Below, one piece after another: positions 7,074-17,443 of a DNA stretch of 64,000 nucleotides (the first letter of the stretch is position 1; every line of letters starts with the position of its first letter). The notes under the pieces are model-generated. The model worked only from the letters and a program-made list of their open reading frames with translations, did no database searches and was not told the DNA's origin. Source of the DNA: a virus (taxonomy: Duplodnaviria > Caudoviricetes); the IMG/VR virus record IMGVR_UViG_2974753753_000001, positions 2,809 through 66,808 of that record; one strand, 5' to 3'. A program made the position numbers and the translations under genes.

Positions 7074-9382
7074 TGGCACGGAGGGAAGTGCCGCAGCGAT
7101 GGGCTTGGATTTACGGAGAAAACGGAGAAGTAGTGGCGACCGACCCCGGAGCACGTGTCAACCGGCAGCACACCGCGTCCAGGCTCAACCAGCTCAATCC
7201 TCTGCTTCTCGATGGACAGATGGTCCAGGAGCGGGACACCGGGGCGCTAAAGGTCGGAGACGGCAATTCGCGCTGGCAAGACCTGCCGTACTTCGTTGGC
7301 GCGGTGGCTGGACTTTCGGACGAGCAGCTTTCGGAGGCCCTGGATGCCAAGGGGTTACTCACCCAAGCGGACGCTGACGCGGCTTATGCACCGCAGATCG
7401 GCGGCATCTACGTCGCCAACAGCCACGGACTCAAAGGCGACTGGACGGGTGGGGATGCGAATACCGGCACCGGCACCAACGACACCGCCGCGCTGCTCGC
7501 ACTGATCGACGCGATACCGGACGGCTCAACCATCCTGTTCTCTCCCGCGTCTACGTATCGGCTCGATCCAATGGAGATCGTGGGACGGTCGCTGACCTTG
7601 GACTTCCAGGGCGCACACATCATCACCAAACTGATGGATGGGGTGGACTTCGCGACCGCAACCCCGTTCATCTCGTGGTCGTCGGAAGTTACCGCCCCCT
7701 ACAACACCTCATCGGCGGGTGTGGCGCGCGGCGGCATCGAGGTCGTCACCAACCCCTACTCGCTGTCGAATGACTTCGTGCAGGATGAGTACGTGATCGT
7801 GCGTGACCACAAGCCGGTTGCGAAGTGGGATACCGATGTCAACGTGTCCTGGGTCGGGCGCGGTGAGATCAACATCGTGCGGTCAATCTCGCCGTCGTCG
7901 GGCATTGTGCGGATGCAGGTGCCGTTGAGTCACGACTACGAGCCGCATTTCTCGAATTACCCGACGATGCGTCGCATCCTCACCCCCGCGACGCCGATCA
8001 TTCGCAACATCGGACGCATCAGTGACACCAACCCCGGTGGCGAGTACACCGGCGACGTCGAGACCACAGGCGCTCACCTGTTCTACTTCTACGGCTGCAT
8101 CGACCCGCTCGTGCAGAACGTCGCCGCCAACGGCTGGCAGAACCAGATCACCGCATTCAATTCGTGCCTGCGTCCCATCTCTGACAATGTCCGGGGCCGC
8201 AACCCGTTCCAGGTCGGCGGGGGGCATGGATACGGCGGTCGCATGGTCCACTGCGTGGACGGCGAGTTCTACCGGTCGGAGATGTACGGCGTTCGACACG
8301 TCGTGAACTACGTCGGCTCGGCCCGTTGCGGTTCGCGAGAGTGCAAGTCGTTTGTCCCTGCTGGCGTCTCCTACCAGACTCACGGGTTACGGTCGCGCGA
8401 CATCTACTCGATCGACGACACGGTCATCGGCGGCAACGGGGCGGGATGGGCTCATGGAAACGACTCTTTCCGCGCTGACTTCGGATACCGAATCGTCCGC
8501 CCGCGCTACTACGGCGAGAACCGGGCCATTGTCGCTCGATCCCGCTCGACCGGAATGCGTATCGAAGATCCTGAGATTCACACATCTGACACCGGCATCG
8601 CGGTCTCGGGGGCCGCTGGTGATGTGGTGATCGACCTGCGTCAAGGGCTGGTGGAGATTTTCGGGTCCGATGCAGACGCCTACGCGGTGCAGGCATTCGA
8701 CGGCACAGGCACCGGCACGTTCAAGCCAGGTGATGTCACCGTGCGAGGTCCGGGCAGCCTTGTCGGTACTCGCGCACTCGTCAGCCTTGACGTGGACGGC
8801 GCGGCGCGGGTGGATGGCTTCGAGTACGACCAGGGTGACTCTCAGGTGCTGCACTGGGACGGCTCCGCTTGGGTGGAAGTCGAGGGGGGTGGCGGGGTAA
8901 CACTCGACACCGACCAAACGATCACCGGGGCGAAGTCGATGTCCAGGGTTGGATTCTTCGGCACGTCTGCACTCGCCGTAAAGCCGTCCGCTACGGACGA
9001 TCTTGGCACGGTCCTTTCCGCCCTCGGCCTCCGCACTGCCGGGACCGCGTACCCGATCACCACGTCAGGCGCGGTGGCCCTGACGGGCGGGGTCCGGACG
9101 AGTGTCGCAACCCGGACCGCAAACCACACGGTCACCGTGACCAATCCCCCGCATTGCCTCGTGGACGCCACTTCCGGGAACATCACGATCACCTTGCCGA
9201 ATACGGGATCGGCGGGACATAGGTTCCTCATCAAGAAGATTGATGGTTCCGCGAACACGGTTGCGGTGGTCAGCGCCTCGATCGACGGGGCCTCCTCGGT
9301 AATTCTGGACGCGCAATACGAGTGGGTTGAGGTTGTCAGCACCTTCACTGTCGGCATCTGGTTCATCGTCGGTAGAGGCTGA
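7073..9382 (+). CDS. Tailspike/depolymerase-like protein (Mtd_N-like N-terminus, right-handed beta-helix, C-terminal fibre domain)
   Basis: NPLLLDGQ..ERDTGALKVGDG..RWQDLPY; GLKGD..NDTAAL...YRL pectate-lyase-3-like entry; C-terminal DATSGNITITLP..KKIDGSAN. Confidence 0.65.
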   Translation: MARREVPQRWAWIYGENGEVVATDPGARVNRQHTASRLNQLNPLLLDGQMVQERDTGALKVGDGNSRWQDLPYFVGAVAGLSDEQLSEALDAKGLLTQADADAAYAPQIGGIYVANSHGLKGDWTGGDANTGTGTNDTAALLALIDAIPDGSTILFSPASTYRLDPMEIVGRSLTLDFQGAHIITKLMDGVDFATATPFISWSSEVTAPYNTSSAGVARGGIEVVTNPYSLSNDFVQDEYVIVRDHKPVAKWDTDVNVSWVGRGEINIVRSISPSSGIVRMQVPLSHDYEPHFSNYPTMRRILTPATPIIRNIGRISDTNPGGEYTGDVETTGAHLFYFYGCIDPLVQNVAANGWQNQITAFNSCLRPISDNVRGRNPFQVGGGHGYGGRMVHCVDGEFYRSEMYGVRHVVNYVGSARCGSRECKSFVPAGVSYQTHGLRSRDIYSIDDTVIGGNGAGWAHGNDSFRADFGYRIVRPRYYGENRAIVARSRSTGMRIEDPEIHTSDTGIAVSGAAGDVVIDLRQGLVEIFGSDADAYAVQAFDGTGTGTFKPGDVTVRGPGSLVGTRALVSLDVDGAARVDGFEYDQGDSQVLHWDGSAWVEVEGGGGVTLDTDQTITGAKSMSRVGFFGTSALAVKPSATDDLGTVLSALGLRTAGTAYPITTSGAVALTGGVRTSVATRTANHTVTVTNPPHCLVDATSGNITITLPNTGSAGHRFLIKKIDGSANTVAVVSASIDGASSVILDAQYEWVEVVSTFTVGIWFIVGRG

Positions 9383-9448
9383 CTGGTCACCCGCCCATAA
9401 CGTGAAGTCCTGGACCCGTTTGATCGGGGAGGAAGCTACAATCCTGAC

Positions 9449-9631
9449 ATGGCCAGGACACGACGACGCGGCGGATCGCTCAACACCCGGAAGAAGGGAA
9501 AGGCGAAGAACGGGGCCAAGTGGGGGCACGGGTTCGTCCCGAAGAACGCCGCCGCTCGGAAGCTGAAGAAGAAGCTCGACCGAAACGGCAAGCGCCGCAA
9601 GCGGACTTCGCAGGGGTACCCGAAGCGATGA
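9449..9631 (+). CDS. Very basic 60-aa protein, probably leaderless
   Basis: K/R-rich; TACAAT (9437-9442) 6 nt upstream of ATG. Confidence 0.7.
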   Translation: MARTRRRGGSLNTRKKGKAKNGAKWGHGFVPKNAAARKLKKKLDRNGKRRKRTSQGYPKR

Positions 9632-10095
9632 CGGCACGGTCCTCGCGGGCCGACGGTCTCCTTCAGTGGTTCACTGTTCACTCCCCGCGCAAGGAGTTCG
9701 ATGGCGGATTCGTCATGCCGCAGCACTGGTTTCGGGTCAATATCTACGAGACCAACGCGCACCTGAAGGCCTATCGAGCCCGCAACGTCCGGCACGTAGA
9801 GGTCGAGAAGGATCTTGGCGCCGGGGTGATCTGGAAGCACGACGAACTGCCCGCCAACGGATTCCTCGGCACGCTGATCGTCTCAGCCGATTGGCTCAAT
9901 GCCCGGGTCATCATCCACGAGAGCGTTCACCTCGCTGTGCGCGCGCTGAAGGGGCACACCGGGTCGCAGCGGCCGATGCTGAGCAACGGCCCGGTCGGTG
10001 TCGCGAACGAGGAGCTGGTCGCCTACCTTACCGACGGGATCGCGGCGTCGCTGATCAAGGAGCTGGAGCCGTTCTTCTGTGGAGGCCCGGAATGA
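9628..10095 (+). CDS. Protein with HExxH zincin-like motif
   Basis: ATGA overlap; IIHESVHLA...NEELVAY. Confidence 0.65.
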   Translation: MTARSSRADGLLQWFTVHSPRKEFDGGFVMPQHWFRVNIYETNAHLKAYRARNVRHVEVEKDLGAGVIWKHDELPANGFLGTLIVSADWLNARVIIHESVHLAVRALKGHTGSQRPMLSNGPVGVANEELVAYLTDGIAASLIKELEPFFCGGPE

Positions 10096-10523
10096 CCGGC
10101 CGCGCGCCAAAGCTCTGTTCCTGGCGGGACTCGGAGAACCCCTCGATCAAATGCTCGCGCCGGGCCGAACAGGCACCCAACGGCGACGACTTCCGTTGTA
10201 AAGAGCACTGGCGCAAGTCCTTTGGAGCGAAGGTGCCGAGGCGGGTCCGACCGCTCACCGAGGACGAGAAGAACTACATCCGCGAGCGCGACTTCCACGT
10301 ATGCCGCAAGTGTGGCGCTCCGGCGCACCAGGTCGACCACATCGTCGAGGTCGCCGACGGCGGGGGCAACGAGCCGAGCAACCTGCAACTCCTCTGCGAC
10401 GAGCACCACGCCGAGAAGACGCGGCTGAGCCAGGAGGCATGGAAGCCCGACGTCCGACGCGGCACGTCGGCACGAGCGCAGGCGAAGCGACGGGTCCGGG
10501 CTGCCGGGCTCTACCAGCAGTGA
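10092..10523 (+). CDS. HNH endonuclease (packaging-associated)
   Basis: RDFHVCRKCG...VDHIVEVADGGGNEPSNLQLLCDEHHAEKT; directly upstream of terminase. Confidence 0.9.
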   Translation: MTGRAPKLCSWRDSENPSIKCSRRAEQAPNGDDFRCKEHWRKSFGAKVPRRVRPLTEDEKNYIRERDFHVCRKCGAPAHQVDHIVEVADGGGNEPSNLQLLCDEHHAEKTRLSQEAWKPDVRRGTSARAQAKRRVRAAGLYQQ

Positions 10524-10542
10524 CCAGGGGAGGAGGAATCGA

Positions 10543-12219
10543 ATGCTCATCGAGTATCCGGCGGCGCAGGATGACGAGGTCGAGTTCCCGACCCTCGGAC
10601 CCCAGGTTGCGCAGTTCATCGAGAGCCGGTTCAAGTTCGGTCCGGGATCGCTCCAGGGACAGCCCGCGCGACTGAGCGACGACCAGCTCACCGTGCTCTA
10701 CCGGGCCTACGAGTATTACCCCCAGGGGTACAAGCTCTACGGCATCGACATGTCCGGCCGCCGTCGCTTCCAGCGGGTGAGTTGGTCGGTGCGCAAGGGG
10801 TCGGCGAAGACCGAGTTCATGGCCTGGGTCACCGGATGCGAGCTGCACCCCGATGCGCCGGTCCGGTTCACCGCGTACGACGAGAAAGCCGAGGGCGGGC
10901 TCGCGCCGGGACGCGCGGTCAACAACCCCTACATCCCTCTGCTGGCCTACACCAAGGACCAGACCGAGGAGCTGGCGTTCGGCGCTCTCCGCTCGATCCT
11001 GGAGACGAGCGAGGACTCCGACAAGATCTTCGACATCGGCAAGCAGCGCATCCTCCGGCTCAACGAGTTCGGCGCCGAGGACGGGAAGTGCCACGCGCTC
11101 GCCGGTAACCCGAACTCGGCCGACGGCGCGCGCACGACCTTCCAAGGCCTCGACGAGACCCACCGTCTCTACACCGAGACCCACCGCGACGCCATCGAGA
11201 CCATGCTCAACAACCTGCCGAAGCGGCCGATGGAGGACGCCTGGCAGCTCGCGATCACCACCGCGGGGGAGCCCGGGCAGGGGTCCTACGCCGAGGACGA
11301 GTTCCGCGAGGGAAAGGCTTGCGCCGAGGGCAAGAAGAAGTCCGAGGGGTTCTACTTCCTGCATCGGCAGGCGCCGGACAACTCGAAGTTCGACACCATG
11401 GAGCAGCGGATGGCCGCGATCTGGGAGGCCACCAGCCCCTCGGTGCGCGAGTGGTCGCGGCTGGACTCCATCGCTGCCAACTGGGATCGCGAGGGAGCCG
11501 ACAAGCAATACCTGGAGCGGGTGTGGACGAACCGGTGGACCCAGACCGCGGCGCAGGCCTTCGATCGAGACGAGTTCGAGGCGCTTGGCGACCCCCGGTT
11601 CGTGATCCCAGACGGCGCGTTCGTCACCGTCGGGTTCGACGGTGCGAAGTTCCAGGACTCCGTCGGCTTCGTGGTCACCGAGATCAGTACCGGCAAGCAG
11701 AACGTCGTGGGGTTCTGGGAGCGGCCGGAAGACTCGGTGCTTGGCCAGAATGAGGACGGATCGAAGAAGAAGTGGCAGGCTCCGGAAGCCGAGATCAATG
11801 CCAATTTCCACTCTATCATGAAGCGTTTCAACGTGTGGCGTGTCTACGCCGACCCGCCGCACTGGGTCGAGTCGGTCGGCTCGTGGCACGCGATGTACCC
11901 CGACAAGGTCTACGAGTTCTGGACCAAGGACCCGACGCGAATGTACTACGCGGTCAAGGGGTATCGCAGCGCGATCTCCAGCGGTCGGGTCTGCCATGAC
12001 GGCGACCCTGACTTCGTCCGGCACATCGGGAACGCGGGTAAGCGCACGACACGCGGTGTCGACGAGGACGGTCAGCCTCGGTTCATCCTGACCAAGATCG
12101 CCTACGAGCGGAAGTTCGACCTCGCGGTGGCGGGCATTCTATCGTGGGAGGCTCGGATGGACGCGATCAACGAAGGCGCCGAGCCGGAGACCGATGGCGA
12201 GTTCATTCGGGCTCGGTAG
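10543..12219 (+). CDS. Terminase large subunit
   Basis: RKGSAKTE Walker A-like, GLDETH Walker B, ITTAG, nuclease GFDG and KFDLAVA. Confidence 0.9.
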   Translation: MLIEYPAAQDDEVEFPTLGPQVAQFIESRFKFGPGSLQGQPARLSDDQLTVLYRAYEYYPQGYKLYGIDMSGRRRFQRVSWSVRKGSAKTEFMAWVTGCELHPDAPVRFTAYDEKAEGGLAPGRAVNNPYIPLLAYTKDQTEELAFGALRSILETSEDSDKIFDIGKQRILRLNEFGAEDGKCHALAGNPNSADGARTTFQGLDETHRLYTETHRDAIETMLNNLPKRPMEDAWQLAITTAGEPGQGSYAEDEFREGKACAEGKKKSEGFYFLHRQAPDNSKFDTMEQRMAAIWEATSPSVREWSRLDSIAANWDREGADKQYLERVWTNRWTQTAAQAFDRDEFEALGDPRFVIPDGAFVTVGFDGAKFQDSVGFVVTEISTGKQNVVGFWERPEDSVLGQNEDGSKKKWQAPEAEINANFHSIMKRFNVWRVYADPPHWVESVGSWHAMYPDKVYEFWTKDPTRMYYAVKGYRSAISSGRVCHDGDPDFVRHIGNAGKRTTRGVDEDGQPRFILTKIAYERKFDLAVAGILSWEARMDAINEGAEPETDGEFIRAR

Positions 12220-12261
12220 CTGGGCTGATACAGTGAGCGCAATCGATGAGGGGATACTCGG

Positions 12262-13839
12262 GTGAAGGTCGTCAAGTACAACGAGCGGGTCAAGGCCGCT
12301 CGTCCCGAGGGCCACGATGACCCCACTAACGACTGGTTCCTCATCTACCTGCTGAAGGAGCTGTACGCCGGGTTCCCGCGACACAAGCGCCTCACCCAGT
12401 ACGTCGACGGTGACCCGCCGAAGCCGGAAACTCCTGAGAGCGCCAAGGACTCGTGGAAAGAGTACGAGGCGTTCCGGAAGAAGTCGCGCAACAACCTCGC
12501 CGAGCAGATCATCGGCGCCTGCACCGACCGAACCACGGTGCAGGGGTTCCGCACCGCCGCCGAGTACGACACTGACGGCGACCAGCAGGCCCGCGAACTC
12601 TGGGACGAAAATGACCTGGATGTCAAGGGCGACAAGGCCATCAACGACAGCTACACCTACGGCCGGGGCTTCCTGCTGGCCGACCCGATCACGAAGAAGG
12701 CCCGGCACTACCTGCCGTGGCAGGCCACCGTCATCAACGACGTCGCCGAGAATCCTCGCGCCGGTCTCTGCATCGAGCACCGGCCGACCGAGGGCCGCGA
12801 CTACGCCTTCCTCTACCTGCGCGACGTCGACGCCAACGGTCTCGGCACCGGCAAGGTCAGCATCCACATCGCCGTGCGCGACCGGGACACTCGCACGACC
12901 CTGACCGGCGGGCATTTCAGCACCGAGGTCCCGGTCTCGTCCTACCTCCCGCAGCGGTGGGTGTGGTGGAAGACCGTCCCGACCGAGCTGGATCGCATCC
13001 CGCTCGTCGACTTCCCGAACAAGGACGAACTCGGCGAGTTCGAGAAGCACACCGACGTCCTCGACCGGATCAACCACATGATCCTCCAGCGCGTCGTCAT
13101 CGCGACCATGCAGGCCTTCAAGCAGCGCGCGATCAAGGGCAAGTTCCCGAAGTACGACGCCAAGGGTGTCGAGATCGACTACGACAAGATGTTCCCCTCG
13201 GACCCCAACGCGCTCTGGCTCCTGCCGGAGACGGCCGAGATCTGGGAGTCCGGACAGACGTCGATTCAGGACATCCTCTCCGCGGTCAAGGACGACGTCC
13301 GCGACCTCGCGTCGGTCACCCGCACCCCGATGAACTACTTCCAGTCCGACTCGGCGAACCAGTCGGCGGCCGGTAGCGAGCTCCAAAACGACTCCTACCT
13401 GCTGAAGATCCGTGATCGCAAGACTCGGATGTCGGCACGCTGGCGCCGATTCATGTCGCTGATGTTCGAGATCAACGGCGACACCGAGCGCGCGAACATG
13501 AAGAAGCTCGCGGTCATCTGGATGCCGAGCGACAACGTCTCGATCACCGATCGTTACTCCGCGGCGTCGCAGGCGAAGTCGCTGGGACTGTCGCTGCGCA
13601 CCGTCATGCGCGAGGTGCTCAACTACGACCCCGAGACCATCGAGGTCGCCGAGCTGGAGATGATCTCCGAGACGCTGAAGGCTGCGATCCGAGCGCCACA
13701 GGCGGGTGAGACGACCGGGGCGAACCCCGCGCAGCAAACGCCGCTCCAGCAGCGCGCCGCGTCGGCGACAGCGCTCGCCGCGAGCAACGGCGCAACCAGC
13801 CGATCCACCGGGGCCACGGCCGGTAGGAGCGGCCAGTGA
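12262..13839 (+). CDS. Portal protein
   Basis: 525 aa directly after terminase; SPP1 gp6-like features (N.A..I, YGRGF, GEFE, NQSA). Confidence 0.85.
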   Translation: MKVVKYNERVKAARPEGHDDPTNDWFLIYLLKELYAGFPRHKRLTQYVDGDPPKPETPESAKDSWKEYEAFRKKSRNNLAEQIIGACTDRTTVQGFRTAAEYDTDGDQQARELWDENDLDVKGDKAINDSYTYGRGFLLADPITKKARHYLPWQATVINDVAENPRAGLCIEHRPTEGRDYAFLYLRDVDANGLGTGKVSIHIAVRDRDTRTTLTGGHFSTEVPVSSYLPQRWVWWKTVPTELDRIPLVDFPNKDELGEFEKHTDVLDRINHMILQRVVIATMQAFKQRAIKGKFPKYDAKGVEIDYDKMFPSDPNALWLLPETAEIWESGQTSIQDILSAVKDDVRDLASVTRTPMNYFQSDSANQSAAGSELQNDSYLLKIRDRKTRMSARWRRFMSLMFEINGDTERANMKKLAVIWMPSDNVSITDRYSAASQAKSLGLSLRTVMREVLNYDPETIEVAELEMISETLKAAIRAPQAGETTGANPAQQTPLQQRAASATALAASNGATSRSTGATAGRSGQ

Positions 13840-15221
13840 CCACCCCCGGCGCGCTCCCCGCGCGTCCGGCGCTGATGGACGTGCCCCCGGTCCCGCCGGA
13901 CCAGATGACCGCCGAGGAGACCGAAGCCTGGATCGTCGCGCAGGTCGCTGCGATCACCCTCGCCGCCGCGGCGATGCGCACGAACATCACGAACAACATC
14001 GTCATCCAGCTCGTCTCGATGCTGCGAATGATCAACCCCTACAACGAGAATGCCGTCACCCGGTTCGCCGAGGAAGCGGCGCAGCTCGTCACCTCGGGGA
14101 TCGGGGAGGCCGGACGGATCGCCTGGTCGGCGGTTGCATCTCGGCTGGCCGTCCAGGGGCACTCGCTCCGCGGGGAGTACCAGCCGCCGGTTGACGGCCG
14201 GACGACCGACCTCGCGGTGGCCTACAAGCGGGTCGCCGCCGACTACCGGTATCGAGTGTCTCTCGGAACCGAGTCGATCGCCGGGACAATCCAGCAGGCC
14301 GAAGAGGAGCGCTTCCAGGCGATCGGCGGCGCGGTCGTCGCCGAGGGCAGACGAGGGGAGTCGAATGCCAAAGTCGAAGGCACGCAAAGGTCACCGACGA
14401 AAGGTGGCGGCTCGAAGTCGACGAGCGGAGGCGGAAGCGGAGCGGACCGGTCTGGATCCGCGAAAGGCTCCGATGGTTCTTCGGCTGGCGGCTCAGCGTC
14501 ATCGAGCGGCTCGACGGCAGGCTCGTCAGGAGGAGCCGACACCCCTCGGCGTCCCACTAAGACTGATCGACCCGGCAACGTCGAGCCCGACGACTGGGAG
14601 CCCGACACCGAAGCTGCTCCCGGACAGGCCCCAGGAGATGTGGACGACGAAGAGGCGGCCCGTCTCGAAGCCGAGCTTCGTCGTGAAGCAGCCCTGAGCG
14701 ACCAGGAGAAGCAGACGCTCCTGGAACAGGTCGCTCAGCAGGAGATGGAGATTCGTCTGGAGCGGATGGTCAACGACGACATCGGCATGGCGAATCGGTC
14801 GGCGTTCCGCGGCGCGATCAACGCCGTGCCGGGAGACGTCATCATCGGCTACCGGCGGGTGCTGCACCCCGAGCTGGCAGAGTCCGGTCAGTCGTGCGGC
14901 CTGTGCGTCGCGGCGTCAACCCGACTCTACAAGAAGAAGGATCTGCTCCCGATTCACAATCTGTGCAACTGTGAGCCGGTCGAGGTGATCAAGGGTCGCG
15001 ATGTCGGCCAGCAGATCAACGACGAAGATCTGGATACACTCTACGGAGCCGCCGAGGACTCGACGGACCGTCAAGACCTGTCGAACACGAAATGGACGGT
15101 GTTTGACCATCCGGAGCTTGGGCCGGTTCTCCGGTCCGCGCCTCGGAGCCAGAGGAAGAAGCCCGTCGACATCGCGTTCAGTTCGCGGGAGTCAGCTAGT
15201 GACCGGGGAGGTCAATCATGA
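13836..15221 (+). CDS. MuF-like/capsid maturation protein
   Basis: Position after portal; YRRVLHPE..CGLCVAASTRLY..LPIHNLCNC. Confidence 0.7.
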   Translation: MTTPGALPARPALMDVPPVPPDQMTAEETEAWIVAQVAAITLAAAAMRTNITNNIVIQLVSMLRMINPYNENAVTRFAEEAAQLVTSGIGEAGRIAWSAVASRLAVQGHSLRGEYQPPVDGRTTDLAVAYKRVAADYRYRVSLGTESIAGTIQQAEEERFQAIGGAVVAEGRRGESNAKVEGTQRSPTKGGGSKSTSGGGSGADRSGSAKGSDGSSAGGSASSSGSTAGSSGGADTPRRPTKTDRPGNVEPDDWEPDTEAAPGQAPGDVDDEEAARLEAELRREAALSDQEKQTLLEQVAQQEMEIRLERMVNDDIGMANRSAFRGAINAVPGDVIIGYRRVLHPELAESGQSCGLCVAASTRLYKKKDLLPIHNLCNCEPVEVIKGRDVGQQINDEDLDTLYGAAEDSTDRQDLSNTKWTVFDHPELGPVLRSAPRSQRKKPVDIAFSSRESASDRGGQS

Positions 15222-15904
15222 AGCACACCAACAAGTCCCGCATCATCGCCGCCGCCATGCCGCTCGACGGCATGGTGCCGTTCTCCGGCCGACCGGCCCG
15301 CGCCGGTCGAGCGATCCCGCGTCGCGACCCCGACCCCAACGAGCACGGCGGGAAGGGTGGCAAGGGCGGGAAGCCCGGCGAGAACGACGATCCGGATGAT
15401 GATGACGATGACGACCCGAAGCCGATCGTCGTCAAGGACACCGAGGAATACAAGACCCGGGACCGCGAGGCCAAGGCCGAGAAGAAGCGCGCCGATGCGC
15501 TAGAAGCCGAGCTGGACAAGCTGAAGGAGGCCGGGCTCTCCGACGACGAGAAGACCCGAGCCCGTGAGCGCGACGAGGCCGTCCGCGCGGCCGTCTCCGA
15601 CAAGGAGACCGAGCTGACCGACCACTACGAGGGTGTGATCGGCGGTCTTCAGCAGCAGATCATCGACTCCGAGATCGACGGCATCCTCGGGGCCGGTGGC
15701 TTCGAGCGCAAGAAGTTCGAGGACGTCATCGCGAGTTTGGACACCAGCCGATTCATCAAGGACGATGGGTCCGTCGATCGAGAGAAGGTCAAGAAGGTGT
15801 TCACCCCGGTCATCGAGGCGTCCACATCTCGGCCTCCGCGGACTTCGACCACGCGAGTCGCGCGGAACACCGGCTTCGGCCGATACCTGGAAGATCAGGA
15901 CTGA
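15218..15904 (+). CDS. Scaffolding protein
   Basis: Charged coiled-coil protein ahead of the capsid genes. Confidence 0.75.
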   Translation: MKHTNKSRIIAAAMPLDGMVPFSGRPARAGRAIPRRDPDPNEHGGKGGKGGKPGENDDPDDDDDDDPKPIVVKDTEEYKTRDREAKAEKKRADALEAELDKLKEAGLSDDEKTRARERDEAVRAAVSDKETELTDHYEGVIGGLQQQIIDSEIDGILGAGGFERKKFEDVIASLDTSRFIKDDGSVDREKVKKVFTPVIEASTSRPPRTSTTRVARNTGFGRYLEDQD

Positions 15905-15919
15905 GAGAAGGAGAGCCCC

Positions 15920-16339
15920 ATGCCCGGTCTTGTCCCCCAGCGGACGACCAACACGAACATCCGGGACCACACCTGGCTGGCATCCGCCGACGGCCTGGAG
16001 TACGCGCAGAGCGCCACCCTCCATGCCGCGAGCCTGAAGGCCGCCGGTGGTCACCGCGAGCAGAACTGGGTCAAGGGTGGCACGCCGCTCGGCCAGATCA
16101 CCGCCGCGGGTGCGACAAAGGACCAGTACGGCCTCTACGACCCGGCCGCGACCGACGGTCGGCAGAAGCACGTCGCCTTCCTCGTCGACTCGAAGCAGCT
16201 CATCGATCCCGTCACCGGGCAGGACAACGTCCCGCTCTCCGGCGCGATCATCAAGCGGGGCCAGATCCTCGTCAACCAGCTTCCGGTCGACTTCGACGTG
16301 ACCGACGCCGACGTCAGCCCCCATTTCATCTACCGGTAA
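15920..16339 (+). CDS. Capsid decoration protein
   Basis: GTPLG...YGLYDPAATDGRQ..AFL motif; between scaffold and capsid. Confidence 0.7.
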   Translation: MPGLVPQRTTNTNIRDHTWLASADGLEYAQSATLHAASLKAAGGHREQNWVKGGTPLGQITAAGATKDQYGLYDPAATDGRQKHVAFLVDSKQLIDPVTGQDNVPLSGAIIKRGQILVNQLPVDFDVTDADVSPHFIYR

Positions 16340-16380
16340 TCGGCCACCACCGATACCCCTTCACCAGATAGGAGTGGGCG

Positions 16381-17442
16381 ATGCCCATCAATCGCGACTA
16401 CGTCGACCCGGCGGAGATCACGCGACAGGTCCGAGTGGCCCTGGCAGAGCAGGACATCAACGGCCCGAACACTCTCGCGCCGTACCTGCCGTCGGAGACC
16501 ATCGACGACATCGAGTACAGCGCGGACGAGGGTCAGGGTGGCCTGATCGAGGCCGCGATGTACCGCGCGTTCGACGCCGAGCTGCCGCTGGCGAACGACG
16601 AGGCGCTCGGGCAGATGCGTGGTCGCATCCACCCGCTCGGCCAGAAGATCCCTCTCATGGAAGAGGATCGCATCCGGCTCCGCGCCGGGGCCGAGAGCGG
16701 CCTGACCAACTACATCGACCGGGTCGCGCGCCGCATCGCCCGCGCCGTCGCGCTCCAGATCAACCTGAAGCGCGCCGAGGCCCTGGCCCTGGGCAAGCTG
16801 GTCTTCGTCGGCAACGATCAGAACTTCGAGGTGCCGTTCGGGCGTCGCGCGGACTTCACCACCACCGCGGCCGAGCTGTTCACCGACCCGGACTCCGACC
16901 CCATCCAGTACCTCTCGGATCTCAACGAGCTGTACCTGGACGAGAACGGCTTCGAGATCGGCGAGTTCCTCACCTCGACCCAGGTCAAGTCGGCGTTCTA
17001 CCGGCACCCGAAGGTCGTCAACGCGGCCATGGGTCGCGACGCCGCGACCTATGGCCAGCTCGCCCCTGACGCCAACGTCGCGGCGCTGCTCGCGCAGCAC
17101 AATCTGCCCGGCTTCACCGTCAAGGGTGGCCGCGTCAAGGTCCGCGAGGTCGACGGGTCGCGCACGATCAAGGACCTGCTCCCGCGGGACTCGATCATCG
17201 CGCTCCCCGCTGGCGGCGACCCCGCCGTCGCGGGCTCGTCCGAGCTTGGCTCGACCTACTGGGGCAAGACGATCGAGGCCGACAAGCCCGCATGGGGCCT
17301 GTCGGAGGAGGAAGGCCCCGGTATCGTCGCTGCCGTCCACGACAACGACGACGTCCCCGCTCGGATGTGGGTCTCGGCGCACGCGATCGCGATGCCGGTG
17401 CTCATCAACCCGAACTACTCGCTCTGCGCGAAGGTGATCTGA
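16381..17442 (+). CDS. Major capsid protein
   Basis: 353 aa; YRAFDAE, DPI.YL, AIAMPVL (lambda gpE-like); synteny. Confidence 0.85.
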   Translation: MPINRDYVDPAEITRQVRVALAEQDINGPNTLAPYLPSETIDDIEYSADEGQGGLIEAAMYRAFDAELPLANDEALGQMRGRIHPLGQKIPLMEEDRIRLRAGAESGLTNYIDRVARRIARAVALQINLKRAEALALGKLVFVGNDQNFEVPFGRRADFTTTAAELFTDPDSDPIQYLSDLNELYLDENGFEIGEFLTSTQVKSAFYRHPKVVNAAMGRDAATYGQLAPDANVAALLAQHNLPGFTVKGGRVKVREVDGSRTIKDLLPRDSIIALPAGGDPAVAGSSELGSTYWGKTIEADKPAWGLSEEEGPGIVAAVHDNDDVPARMWVSAHAIAMPVLINPNYSLCAKVI

Positions 17443-17443
17443 C

